DNA of 64,000 nucleotides from Blasia pusilla (lineage: Eukaryota): positions 42,594,001 to 42,658,000 of the forward strand of contig CM114271.1 of assembly GCA_050084515.1 (NCBI GenBank), read 5' to 3'. The translations under genes and the position numbers were made by a program. Below, piece by piece: positions 1-12,393 of this stretch. The notes under the pieces were generated by a model that worked only from the letters and a program-made list of their open reading frames with translations, was not told the origin of the DNA and did not search any database. The stretch's first letter is position 1. The number at the start of each line of letters is the position of its first letter.

Positions 1-3000
1 GTACCCCCCAACGTCATAACATCAGAAGCTGAAAATAAAGGAGTGCGGTACACAACGGTGGCTGCCCCCAACAATGTGCTCGACACATGCCCCTCCTGAG
101 AATCAACAATAGGAGTCGTCGTATTAGCTTCTCCCATCGCCCTCCGTGCCTACACACCAACAACATCACCAACTCTTAAGGAACTTTGATGGGGACCCAT
201 CGATGGGGTCCTCATCGCTTCGGACAATGTGAAAGACTAAGGAAGCCTAGTCTGTTTTCTAGCTTCCCCTCGCTATGGATCCAACTCTGCGGCTGCTCCG
301 CACGTCACAACTACGGCGGCCTCCAGCTGGGCAACCCCGCACATCCAACCTGGATCCTCCAGATCTCTAGCTGCTCCATATGATGTCGATGCCACGGATC
401 CGGCATCGGGTAACCTCAATGCCATAGCGGCAATCTGCTCTTGTAGCTGTTGTATCTGAGCAGCCATCCCAGCCTCACGTCCAGCGTCTCCCTCGGCGCG
501 TCTAGGTGGTGGTACTCTACCTCCTCCATGGGCAGCTCCACCACCCTATTGGGCAACTCCAGCTCCTCGTCCCCCAACGGGACCACCTGGTGCACGATCT
601 CTAGGCCCACCCGGACCGACTACTCGCTCTAGTGCCCTCTCTGGCCATTGGTCCGAATGTAATCAGGATGTAAACTGAAACACCTGGCGCATGTGTGATC
701 ATACCTCTGACAATAGTCACACTGATAACCTCCTGGTGCAGCACCATCTCCTCCTCTATGCTGAGGCATATATCCATGACCCTGACGAGTGCAATGGCGC
801 TGATGATGGGCTCCACCACATGACCAACAAGTAATAGTAGGCGGCTGTTGTTAAGCCGCATATGAAGGCGCAGGTCTCTGTGGCATCGCCTTTTGGTATC
901 CTCCCTGAGCTCGTGGTGCCATAGTCAACCTATCTCGGAGTCCATGTTGCTACACTCGTGGTGCAGACAATCGTGACTGCTCTCGCCCAGAACCCATGGT
1001 GGCTACGCTCTCCTCCGCCATATTGCGCTCAATGTTCTCAACGGTCCGAAAAACATCTCTCAACGTAGGGGAGGTGTCCATAAGAAGCACCCTTCCCGCA
1101 CCCGTGGCTGCGGGGTCAAGTCTAGCATCGCGTACCATGACTGGATAGCCTGAGCCTTTGTCACCCCCTGAGTGACGTTGATCAACCGGCGCAAGCGAGT
1201 GTAAGCCTCACGTAAACTCTCACCTGGGCGCCTCTAGAAGTTGTGGATGCTCCGCAACTTTTCCGTCCGTACGCCTTGGTAGCAAAGAACTCAACCACGG
1301 GGTTGAACCTGGGACGAACCCGACTAGACGGTGTAACTGCTCCAGTGCGAGTGACCCCTCCTAAAACATCACTAGTGGAAGAGGAAGTAGCCTCTCCTGA
1401 CTCCTCCTCATCTGGGAATGGCTCCGTCCATGACACATAGTGTGGGTCGTAGTAGGGTCGCCATGCCTCAATCTCCTGGGCATATCTGTGGGAAACTCAT
1501 GGTAATCGTCCATGGGTGCCCCCTCTAAATGTTGGAACATACCATTCCATGCTGTAAACGGGTTAAACTCTCTAGAGTTCCTGGCCCGCTCGGAGCCGCA
1601 CCAACTCCTAAACTCTGCTATGAAATCATGCAACTCAATCGTACCTACTGCACCTGAAAACCTACGCGGTCCTCTATCCCAGTTGTCCATCTCGTACGCC
1701 CAACTGGTAGGACCACTCACAATGTGTGGCGATGTGATCACAAATTTCTCTACACCCTCCCCCTCGTCTGACAATGACACAGAAGGAGGTCGAGGTGGTC
1801 CCTGAAGTGAAGACCCTTGGAACCTCACGCCACTCCGCGTAAAACCTCTAGAGCTACTCTCGGGTTCACCACCTCGCCTCTCAAAGTCCCGAACGGACGC
1901 CGTGATGACCCTCGTGCCCTTCTCACCCGATCACTCTTGCCTCGCGAGTAATCCCTCAATCACTCATCCCAAACATGCGGCACTCGATCTACACTCTCCC
2001 TCCCCGAGACATGTAACGTGCGGCAATAAGCGGCGTGGTGCGACAAATCGACGAGGCTATCATCTCATCGACAACCTACCCTCAACTCCGGACATCCCAC
2101 ACAAGTCTATGTCCCCTAAATCACATACATAAATGATGCTCTCAGCATCCACACACCCAATATCCCCAAATAAACTACCCAAATCCCAGAATCCATCAGA
2201 CGTGCAGGGTAAAGGACCAGAATGGGTAACCTAAACACATGTCGATGTCGCTCCTCAGCAACTGCAAATCTCGACCCCAACTCGGTCATGCAGAAAACTC
2301 TTCCAATCAGCAAGTCATACTCCCCCCGTACTGACGTTGCTTAAAACTCCTCGATGGTGCAGTTCCAGCGGAACGATGCGGCCTTGCAGGCAGCACGGAA
2401 CGGCTACGAACGGCACGGCCCTCGATGATGGGATGCGGCACTCGGCGGCATACCCTCCTCAATCAACAATAAACCCACACTCTGCTCCACAATGCCGGAG
2501 CGGCTCCGCGATCAAGAGAGTGCGGTGCGGCCACGAGCGGCACGGCGCGGCAATCGGTGGCGCGTTGCGGCTATGAGCGTCACGGCACGATACCCGGTCG
2601 TCGTTGAGCGGCTACCAATCACAATATAGCAGCAGGAAATCAAAACTCAAACACTATAACAGGAGGTCATATGCCATCACAGGTTGATGACGGTGATGGT
2701 TGACCATTGATGGTGAAAGTTGACCGTTGACGGTTGACGGTGACGGCCGCCGCCAGTGTGGCGGCTGGTTTAGGGTTTGCACAATTTTACCCTAAAAATT
2801 GCCTAGCAATGGCAATTTTGCAAGATTGACCATAACTTTTTGCTTGCAACTCCAAATTGTGCATTGTTTGTTGCACAGCGTGCACAACTTTACGATCTAG
2901 GCCAACATCAAAAAATATTTGGAATCGGACATTCCAGTAAAAACTGACAGGGACTGTTGTAAAGCCCAATGTCTCTTTCTTCTACCCAACATTCGGCAGC

Positions 3001-3809
3001 GCTTCCGCGCCGATTCCTCCCAACAAAAATGTAAAACCTGTAAAAATGCAAATCAGCAAGCAACATGGTGCTCTTAAAAGCACCAGCATGGGGCAACCTG
3101 CCCCCATACCCAATCCCTATTAGAAATTGGGCAGCGCTTCCGCGCGCCACTCTTCCACACGAAAAATCGGCAAATTCAAAGAACAGTCCAAGCAACCCTT
3201 GCTCCGATGAGCACTCCCATGAGTCGTTGAACGGGGAACACGGTCCCCAACCTGCAAAAACAACGAGTGACCAGCAAGCTCCCCCATGAAGCTCTCTCAC
3301 TCTCGCATTCTCGCATTCTCTCATTCTCTCTTTGTAAAGTAAGATCCAATCTCTCTCTACACAATCTCACACGATAGCTCTCAAAGGTGTGCACTCTCTC
3401 TCATGTCAAACCGAACCCACTCTCCTAATGAGAGGCTTGGGTTACACTCACCAGGCAAGGGACCATAGCTCCGCCGCCTCATGCCAAGAGGTTCAACAAA
3501 GAGAGAATGAGCTCTCAAGCTCTCTCTCCTTGGGATATATACCCCTCCCCTCTCCCAAGCTCTCTCCATGGTAACCTATTCTCCCAAGTCACCTCTTTGG
3601 CTCTTGACCTGATGTAGGAGGTAAAGGGCCACTTACCAAAAATAGAAAGTTCTTTAATATGGCTCCAAATGAGCCAAAACGAAGGGGAAACCTGCTCTCT
3701 CAGGTTTCCCGGGGCCTCAGCAGGTCATCCTCGACCTCCTAGGCCTGTCCTCCACTACTCTTGAAGACGCTCTACTAGATCTCATCGATCTATCCTAAAG
3801 GACGTGACA
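1..3809 (-). mobile_element. Degenerate Ty3/Gypsy LTR retrotransposon, 5' part (copy A: terminal repeat, leader, gag); continues off the left edge; same family group as the element at 19554-29053
   Basis: Minus strand begins TGTCACGTCC at 3809. ORF 1361-1828 (GPRRFSGAVGTIELHDFIAEFRSWC...FQHLEGAPMDDYHEF) and ORF 273-467 (STSYG...AQLEAAVVVT...ELDP) align by eye with gag-region peptides at 21600-21830 and 22536-22730. Positions 1-60 encode TPLFSASDVMTLG, matching SPLFSATELMALG at about 22920. Many frameshifts and stops. Confidence 0.85.
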
Positions 3810-6800
3810 GGTGCCCTCTCTAGCCCTCGGTCCAGACGTAACTCAGGATGTAAGCTGAAACACCTAGTGCGTGTGTGACAGTACCTCTCACAATAGTCAT
3901 ACTGATAACCTCCCGGTGTAGCACCATCTCTTCCTCCATGTTGAGGAAAACGTCCATAACCCTAACGGCTGCAATCGCGTTGGTGATGGGCTCCACCGCA
4001 TGCCCAACAAATAATACCTGGCGGCTACTGTTGTTGTTGCGCTGCAGATGATGGCACAGGTCTCTTTGGCACATGCTCTTGATAACCTCCATGTGCTCGT
4101 GGTGCCCGAGTCCTCTCTTGAAATCCACATTGCTGTACTGGTGGTGCATATACTCGTAGCTGCTCTCACCCATAACTCATAGTGGCTACGCTCTCCTCTG
4201 CCATGTTGCGCTCAATATTCTCGGCGGTCCTAAGAACATCTCTCAACGTGGGTGAGGTCTTTATAAGAAGCACCCCCTCCCGCACCGGTGTCCACAGGGT
4301 TTGGTCTAGCATCGCGTACTATGATTGGATAGCCCGGGCCTCTATCACCCCCTGAGTGACGTTAATCAACCTACGCAAGCGAGTGTAGGCCTCAAGAAAA
4401 ATCTCACCCGGGTGCCTCTCGAAGTCATGGATGCTCCACAACTTCTTCGTCCGTACCCCCTAGTAGCTCATCCTCAACTCCGCAAAGAACTCAACCATGG
4501 GGTTGAACCTAGGACGGACCTGATTGGACGGTGTAATTGCTTTAGTGTGAGTCACCCCTCCTAACACATCACTTACGGAAGAGGATGTGGCCTCTCCTGA
4601 CTCGTCCTCCTCATCGGCAAACAACTCAGTCCATGACACATAATGTGGGTCATAGTAGAGTCCCCATGCCTCAACGTCACAGGCATAACTGTGGGAGAAC
4701 TCATGGTAATCGTCCATGGATTCCCCCTCCAAATGGTGGAACGTGTCATTCCATGCTGTAAACGGGTTGAACTCTCTAGAGTTCTTAGCCCGCTGTGAGT
4801 CACACCAACTCCTAAACTCCCCAATGAAGGCTTGTAGCTCTATAGTGCCTACAACACCTGAAAACCTACGCGGTCCTCTATCCTCGTGGTCCATCTCGTA
4901 CGCCCAACTGGTAGGACCACTCAATGTGTGATGCGAATCACTAACACACTCCTCTACACTATCCCCCTCGTCTAAAGACAACACAGAAGGAGATCGAGGT
5001 GGTCTCTCACGTGGAGACCCTCGAAACCTTGCACCACTCCGGGTAAACCCTTCAGAGCTACTCTCAAGTCCACTACCTCGCCTCTGAAAATCCTGAACGG
5101 ACACCGTGATGACCCTCGTACCCCTCTCACACGATCACACTCAATCTTGTGAGTAATCCCTCAATCAGTCAAAGTAAACATGCGGCACTCAATCTACACT
5201 CTCTCACTGAGATGTGTGCTATGCGGCAACAAGCAACCTGGTGCAGCAAATCAACTGATCTTTTGTCTCATCGACAAACCATCCTCAACTCTAGACATCT
5301 CACACAGGTCTATGTCCCCTAAACCCATACATCATAAATGCTCTCAGCATCAACACGAAACCCAATATCCCAAATAACCTCCCAATATCCGAAAATCCCT
5401 AACACATGCGGGGCAAAAGACTAGAATGGGTAACCTGACAATAAATATCGATGTCTCTCCTCAGCAATTGCAAATCTCAACCCCAACTCGGTCGTAAAGA
5501 CAATTCTTCCAAATAGCATGTCGTACTCTCTTGGTACTGATGATGCTCAAATTTCCTCGATGTGCGGTGCAGGTCCACCAGTCCGGTGCGGTACTGGCGG
5601 CACGGAACGACTACAAACGGCACGGCACTCGGGAATAGAGTGTGGCACTCGGAGCCATACCCTCATTGGTCAACAAGACACAATCTGCTCCCAGTGATGG
5701 TGTGGCTCTGTGATCGAGACGGTGCTTTGCGGCCACAAGCGGCACGACGCAGAAATTGGCGGTGTGTTGCAGCTATGGGCGTCACGGCACAGTACTCGAT
5801 CGTCGTCGAGCGGCTACCAATCACAACATAGCAAAGTGGAAAATAAATTGTGACCCATGAATCCAAAAAGGTCACATTGTTAAAGTCACAAGTAAACGAG
5901 TGGCGATGATTCATACAGACTCACCAAATACGGCAGCGGCCGCCCTATCTAGCGATTGGTGACTCGTCATTGTCTTGAACAACGGCGGCGGCAGCGGCAA
6001 ATGGTGGTGGTGACAACTTAGGTCTGCAGCAACTCACGATAGCAGAAGCGGCAACTAACAGCGGCAACGGCAACAAACGGCGATGACAACAACAAGTGGC
6101 GGCGGCAGAGGCGATGGCAAAGGGCGGCGCATGCGGCGCCGCCAACGGCAGCGACTGGTTTAGGGTTTGGAGATTTTTACCCTAAAACTTGGCAATTTAA
6201 AAAATTGGCCACAACTGTCTGTTCGCAGCTCCAATTTGCACATCGTGTGTTGCACAACGTGCACAGCTTCACGATGTACGATAGCGTCAAAAAATATTTT
6301 GAATCAAACGTTCCAATAAAAACTGACAGGGACTGTTGTAAAGCCCAACGTCTCTTTCTCCTACACAAAATTCGGCAGCGCTTCCGCGCTGATTTCTCCA
6401 AAAAAAATGTAGAACCTCTGAAAACACAAATCAGCAAGCTACATGGTGCTCCCAAGAGGGCAACCCGCTCCCATACTCAATTCCTATCATAAATTGGGCA
6501 ACGCTTCCGTGTGCCACTCTCCCGTACAAAAATCTGCAAAGAAAAATAGTAAACTCGCATGCCTCTTGCTCCAGTGAGCACTCCCATGAGCCATGAAGCA
6601 GGGAACACAATCCCCCAACCTGCAACACACATCGAGCAACCAGCGAGCTCCCCCATGAAGCTCTCTCACTCACTCATTCTCTCTTTGTAAAATAAGATCC
6701 AATCTCTCTCAACACCATAGCTCTCAAATGTGTGCACTCTCACATGTCTCTCTCAATGTCAAACCAAACCCACTCTCCTAATGAGAGGCTTGAGTTACAC

Positions 6801-7182
6801 TCACAAGGCAAGGGACCATAGCTCCGCCGCCTTCTACTCTCAAACTCTCTCTCTCTCTCTGTCTTGGAGGTATATCCCCTTCCCTCTCCCAAGCTCACTC
6901 CTCGGTAACCTATGCTTGCAGGTCACCTCCTTGGCTCTTGACCTGCTGTAGCGGGTCAAGGACTACTTCCCAAAGTGAAAAGTCAACTATACTAAAAATA
7001 GAAACTTACTTGAAATAGTAAGTTTCTCCATATGACTCCAAATGAGCCGAAACAAAGGGGAAACCTGCTCTCTCAAGTTACCCATGGCCTCAACACGTCA
7101 TCCTCAACCTCCCGAGAATGTCCTCCAGTATCTCCAAAGGGGCTATAGTAGATCTTGCTGATTTATCCTAAAAACCGTGGCA
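3810..7182 (-). mobile_element. Degenerate Ty3/Gypsy LTR retrotransposon, 5' part (copy B), interrupted inside gag by copy A
   Basis: 3810-7182 is a colinear diverged repeat of about 632-3809. The minus-strand terminus is TGCCACGG at 7182. ORF 4460-5104 (GPRRFSGVVGTIELQAFIGEFRSWCD...FHHLEGESMDDYHEF) is the gag homologue. Homology stops abruptly at 3810, next to the terminus of copy A. Confidence 0.85.
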
Positions 7183-7224
7183 CATATAACATGAATATAT
7201 GCAATTTGATATATAAATATCTTT

Positions 7225-7582
7225 TGACGTATGCCATATGAAGCAAGTGATTTGCATTTTTTTTTACTTCAAACGCCGATTGGAGAAAAATATGAGAATC
7301 GCTCATTGCAACTTGGTCAATTTAATCAAGAATACATGGTTAACCTCTATGCAAATGTAGAGATGCATCGATTATAATGGATTTTTAAAAATTAGAAGGA
7401 TTTGAGAGCTCAATTATATCAAGGTTTAAAGGATGCCATACATCAACATGATATGGATAGTCGAAGGTTTGGGAGATACATTTATATTACCTTATTTTTT
7501 TTCTTGGAGGGCCACATCATATGCATCAATTGTATCATGATGCAATTACAATTAATAGACATTTGGGGAAGCCAAACTACGT
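7225..7582 (+). pseudogene. Helitron Rep/helicase N-terminal remnant
   Basis: Frameshifted translation reads GQFNQEYMVNLYANVEMHRL*WIFKN*KDLRAQLYQGLKDAI...GGPHHMHQLYHDAITINRHLGKP. This matches the Helitron Rep consensus GRLFQQYxVDxYxxIExxRL...LRAELYQGLxDA...GGPRxMxQxYxDAxAIxRxxGKPD. Confidence 0.75.
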
Positions 7583-7929
7583 CTTGACCATGCCATTCAT
7601 ACACCTATAACTTTCGAGTTCAAATTTTGGGATGAGATTTAAGTTACTCATACTCTAACCAATATTATATGAATATCAAGCGCTTAAATATAGAAGGCCT
7701 ATTTGAATACAGGGTAGTGGGATAAATGCAAGGTAAGGAAGTATTCTTGTAGAAGTACGGGTAGGATCTTGCTTAGCGAGATCCAAAATTAGGGACATGG
7801 AGCCTTTCCTAGCGGGTATTCAATACAAGAAGCACTTGTAGAAGCCATATTAAGGATTCAATGAAACTTCAAAAAATATTTTAGTAGCATGGTTCCGTGT
7901 GCCTACTCCTCTTGAACGTCAATCTCAAG

Positions 7930-8743
7930 TGTTGCGAAAGCATACGTTCAGTAGGATACGCTCATACTACTGATCTCCATCCAAACACTCACGTTAGTCT
8001 ACTCTAGGTCAATCAGCCTTCCAACTTCCCGGGTTCTTGACTCGGTCCATTCATCAAGCTTAACCCTCCTAACTCCTCACTCCCCAACATGGGCAAGTCT
8101 TCCTAGACTTGGGACAGACTTTCTACATACTCTAGGCAACTAAAATCGCGCTCACATACCTAATGGTCCCAACTGTCCAATGGACCTTGCATGAGTCCCT
8201 AACCGAGACCCAAAAAATGAGTCGCAGGTTATAATCCAAGTGACCTTCGAAATCTACTCCCTTGCACTTGGCTTGGGGTTAAAACCCTAACGCGAACCTT
8301 CCGATCCATTATGTGCCCTTGGTTCAGTAGTTTTTACGAAATGTATTAACCTTTGCTAATGCAAATTTTTTGGATCTTTGATGCCCTGGAAATGACTTTA
8401 CATAATCTTTCCAACGATGCCTTATTCATCCCAAACGCATGTCAAGTCTGCAAGTTATGGTCCAAAATACAATACAATCCAAAACGCTAGTAACGTTCCA
8501 AATCCGATTCTCAACCGCTTTGGTAACCACTCTTCCTAGACTCAACTCCTCTCAAGTCTTGGTTCACAATTGGTCTAGATTTCCAGAGTTGCAACCATAA
8601 ACGCATGAAATGCTCAAATTGCACGCGTCTCTAATCTTGTGTCTCCTTCAAGAGACCTCTCCAATGGGCAACCATCATAGTGTGAGCCCACTAGAGTTCC
8701 GATGTTCCGTCTTGGCGCATGTTTGGCTATGAGGGTCGCAACA
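7930..8743. mobile_element. Solo-LTR-like repeat
   Basis: Bounded by a perfect 8-bp inverted repeat, TGTTGCGA (7930) and TCGCAACA (8743). Its 3' part (about 8240-8743) is homologous to 30175-31152. No matching TSD is seen. Confidence 0.55.
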
Positions 8744-9364
8744 TATGGGTAGTAGCATGGAATTATTTATGAATCAATTATTATTAGTGAGTGCCCCCTT
8801 ATCTTTCAAAATCCCCTGCTTTTGATTCTTGGCACTCTTGACCAATAAGATCGCTTGCTTTAGGAGCCAATGGGATTAATCGAAATTGATTTAAAACGAC
8901 TCTTGACAAATTTGAGAGTTAATTATAATTTTGGTATGTAATTTAAACCTTTGCATCATAAAAGTGTATACTACTAATCATAATGATCTATCCATCCTAA
9001 ATGTGAATTTCTTTCCTTTGAAAATAGAGCATTCCAAATTTTATTAAAGATATTGATTTTAAATTTTCAGTTCTCACACTCATCACAGAAATAAGTCAAA
9101 TTATCCCTAAACTTTTGAGTGTATTGGGAACTAAGCCATTTTTTAGGTTCACACATATTAAACAATGGAGATGGAAAAGAATTAGGAGAACATGCATATC
9201 CTAGGCACATTTTTTGTGAAATGAAATCAAAAAATTTTCATACATCTATGTTATGCACTGTCAACCGTAGATAGGGATGACGAACATAAAGTCTAAAACA
9301 TTCTATTTATCCTAAGTGAGTTTTTTTTTCCTTCTCAAATATCATAATTAGATCATTTTAGTTC

Positions 9365-10598
9365 TTATCATAACTAAGACCTTCTTCTTTATTTCATTTT
9401 CTTTCTTTCTAAAAATATTAGGAATTTTGATTATTTTTCTTTCATCCATGCCATGGGCTACTAAACCAGTTTTAGACTCAACCCAAATCTTCTACTCGCA
9501 AAACTCAAGGCCATGGTCTCTTTATGGTCTAGCAAGGAGTCGGAGTGGAGCTCTAGAAAAATTCTATGGGACGGGCGATTGGATTGGTCTTTTAGACTTG
9601 ACGCAAGTCCTCTACTCATAGAAGTGAAGGTCGAGTTCTCTTCTTCAAATATCCACTTTATTATAAAATAAACCTCAAAAGACGACAAAGAAAGGTAATA
9701 ACATCTCAAAAGAGGAGTCAAAAAATGCAGAATGGAATGCAAAGAGAAACTGGCAACTAGCCAATGCAAACACCGACTCAACGAGCTACACGATTGATAG
9801 CCTGAAACAAATCTGACAAGAACACGAGTGGTTGGTCAGACGTGAACGGACCACGAGGCGAGCAACCCCCACCACCTCCGCACGATCTATCAATGCCAAG
9901 ACTTGTGCACGTTGTAAGGCTAGTGAGATGCATTGCCAAAAATAAGTAGTAACTACAGAGAGAGAAGGACTACGAGAAGGGGCAAAGTGATAATTCTCGA
10001 GGGAGTGGTGAACACATGTTTTCAGGAAAGTATCAAAATACACATATAAATGACCGAATACTTCCAGTGCAAAAGGAATAAATCCATCAATTGCATATCT
10101 CACAACATAACTTAACTCCTTGATTCTTGCTGCAACTTCGGCCGCCGAACTTTTGGTATATACGGCTCGACATACCAAATCAACACATCTTGGATCAGCA
10201 ACCACCACATCACCTGGTGTCCGGAATCCACCTCGACACATAACAAGATCAACTCTCCGACGAGAGGTTTCTTGTGTGGTTGAAGATAGGACATAGAGAT
10301 GATTTGCCCAATAATTTTATCATAACTAAGACCTTCTTCTTTATTTAATTTTCTTTCTTTTTAAAAATATTAGAGAATTTTGATTTTTTTTCTTTCATGC
10401 ATCTCATGGGCCACGAAACCAGTTTTAGACTCGACCCAACTCTTCTACTTGCAAAACTCAAGGCCATGATCTCTTTATGGTCTAGCAAGGAGTCGATGTG
10501 GAGCTCTACAAAAATTCTATGGAACCGGCAATTCGGTAAGTCTTTTAGACTTAACGCAAGTCTTTTACTCGTAGAACTCAAGGTCGAGTTATCTTCTT
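9365..10598 (+). repeat. ~280-bp diverged direct repeats (9365-9645 and 10317-10598) flanking a LINE fragment; built partly from a ~115-bp subunit that recurs at about 10815-10895
   Basis: Both copies begin TTATCATAACTAAGACCTTCTTCTTTATTT and end AAGGTCGAGTT(C/A)TCTTCTT. The subunit begins TTTTAGACTC... Confidence 0.85.
9646..10312 (-). mobile_element. 5'-truncated copy (3' end) of the CRE-like non-LTR retrotransposon
   Basis: Colinear with 54652-55312. ORF 9786-10241 (DVVVADP...KELSY...FIPFALEVFG...ISLALQR) is the C-terminal endonuclease region. AATAAA is present on the minus strand near the 3' end. Confidence 0.85.
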
Positions 10599-12393
10599 GG
10601 TCTAACGAAGAAGAGTGTAGGTGGAACTCTACAACAAACGTCCCCCCCCTTCCTCCCTCCCTCCCTCCTTCTCTCCCTCCCAGAAGACATGGCTTAGAGC
10701 TTTCGTGCTTGTCTGAACTATGCTTACTTCAATGACTCACTCGATGACCATAGTTATTCTAATTAGTGCTTGGCAAATACGCCAGCTCACGTGCATCTTG
10801 CTCGACCGATTCGATTTGAGACTCGACCCAAATATTATCCTCACATAACTGAAGATCGAAGTCCCCCTATGGTCTAGAGAGGAGTAGGGATGAAACTTAG
10901 TGAAGTGGTATCAGAGTACACGGTCAAACTGGCAGCAATTAGTGGGCAATTTTGGCATAGGCAATCACCATGGTGAAATACAGAGACATGACAAAAAAGA
11001 GCAAGAAGAAAATTGTGGAGCTTGAGCCACCCCGGCATGGAGGAGGTTTGAGGGACAATGGGAATGAGCCAATAGGCCCAAATTTTCCATTACATTTCAA
11101 GGATCTAGAGAGATCCGACAAAGGCACCGAATAGGATGAGGGTTTCAGAGATGGAAACCCGCCCTATGTAAGATAAGTTCTACATCTGCCTCTCCAAAAA
11201 ACTTCCAAAAAGCTATTCCCCTTTACCTAGCTTATGAAACGACCATTAGGTGAGTAGCTTTTTTCTCTCATGAAAACTAAATGGATCTATTGCTCCATCG
11301 TCTCCTGTTTACTCCTTTCCGTTCTCTCATGACTCTAAACCGTGAAATAATCTCGTCACTCTTGTCGTTCTGACCTAAGGTCTCTTAAAGTTTTTTGACA
11401 GATAATACTGTCCGCATTTTCGTAGGTTACCGTACTACCGTACTTCACACAAAGGGTTCTTCCTTTTCGTAAGCTCCTACTTACTTCCAACATGACATTA
11501 GGGCCAAAGAAAAACAAATCCAGGCGATAAGACTACACCTTTTGGAAACTGTGTCTATATACAAATCTTGTGTGATATCTACAACTGAGTTTTCGTCCTC
11601 ACATAAGCATTGGAGTACTTTCTGTTCACTACTTACTAGTTGGTGCAATGAAAATCATGTATAATTTTGATTTACCCATCCATACTATATAGTTGAATTA
11701 TCACATATAATATCCTCTTTGTTGTAGAAGACTTCCACCCAAGAGCCGAAAGGTCTTGCATGAAAACTCAATATGTCTTAGACATAGATTGGAAAGGTGA
11801 GTTCTTCCACCTCACTTACTTAGTATGGGTTGCAATGGTCGATTCCTGAAGCACTCATTGTTATATCTCTAAACCAGAAAACCTCATCGACAATTGATTT
11901 GTTCGTCCTCCTCACTTAGGAATCGTGAGTAAGCCCCTGACACTTAACATGCAGAAAAAAAAAAGTCGACAGTAACCACATTCTAATTAATGAAGATGTT
12001 GAAAGTGCAAGTTCATATATACATTAAAAGCAGAAACAAACTTACAAATTGTGAAATTATGAGTATTAAACAACTATTGTACAGCTTCCTTGCTTGCAGC
12101 CAATTACAGACAATGGTATTCTACCTTTAGATTCACATGGAGGGCACAGGATATTCTCTATTGCACTGAGCTACCTCACTCTGGAATTCTCTCGAACGTC
12201 AAATGATGAGTATCTAGGTAAACCCTAAATAGAGCTTTTGTGCCATCGGCAATTCTCCCACTATGCCCCCAAAAACTTAATAAGTCATTTTCAGATCATT
12301 TGTTCATAGCTGAAATAAGACTTGTTCACATTATTTTGTTATTTAACTTCTTTTGTTACCTCTACCATTAAACCGTTATTCATTACATCTAGC

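Noticed and set aside
2769-2778. TTTAGGGTTT telomere-like motif (also about 6159)
   Set aside because: Single unit inside TE leaders; not an interstitial telomeric array.
10906-10916. TGGTATCAGAG, identical to the start of a tRNA-iMet primer-binding site
   Set aside because: Not preceded by a CA-ending LTR and no recognisable gag follows; may be chance or an unresolvable remnant.
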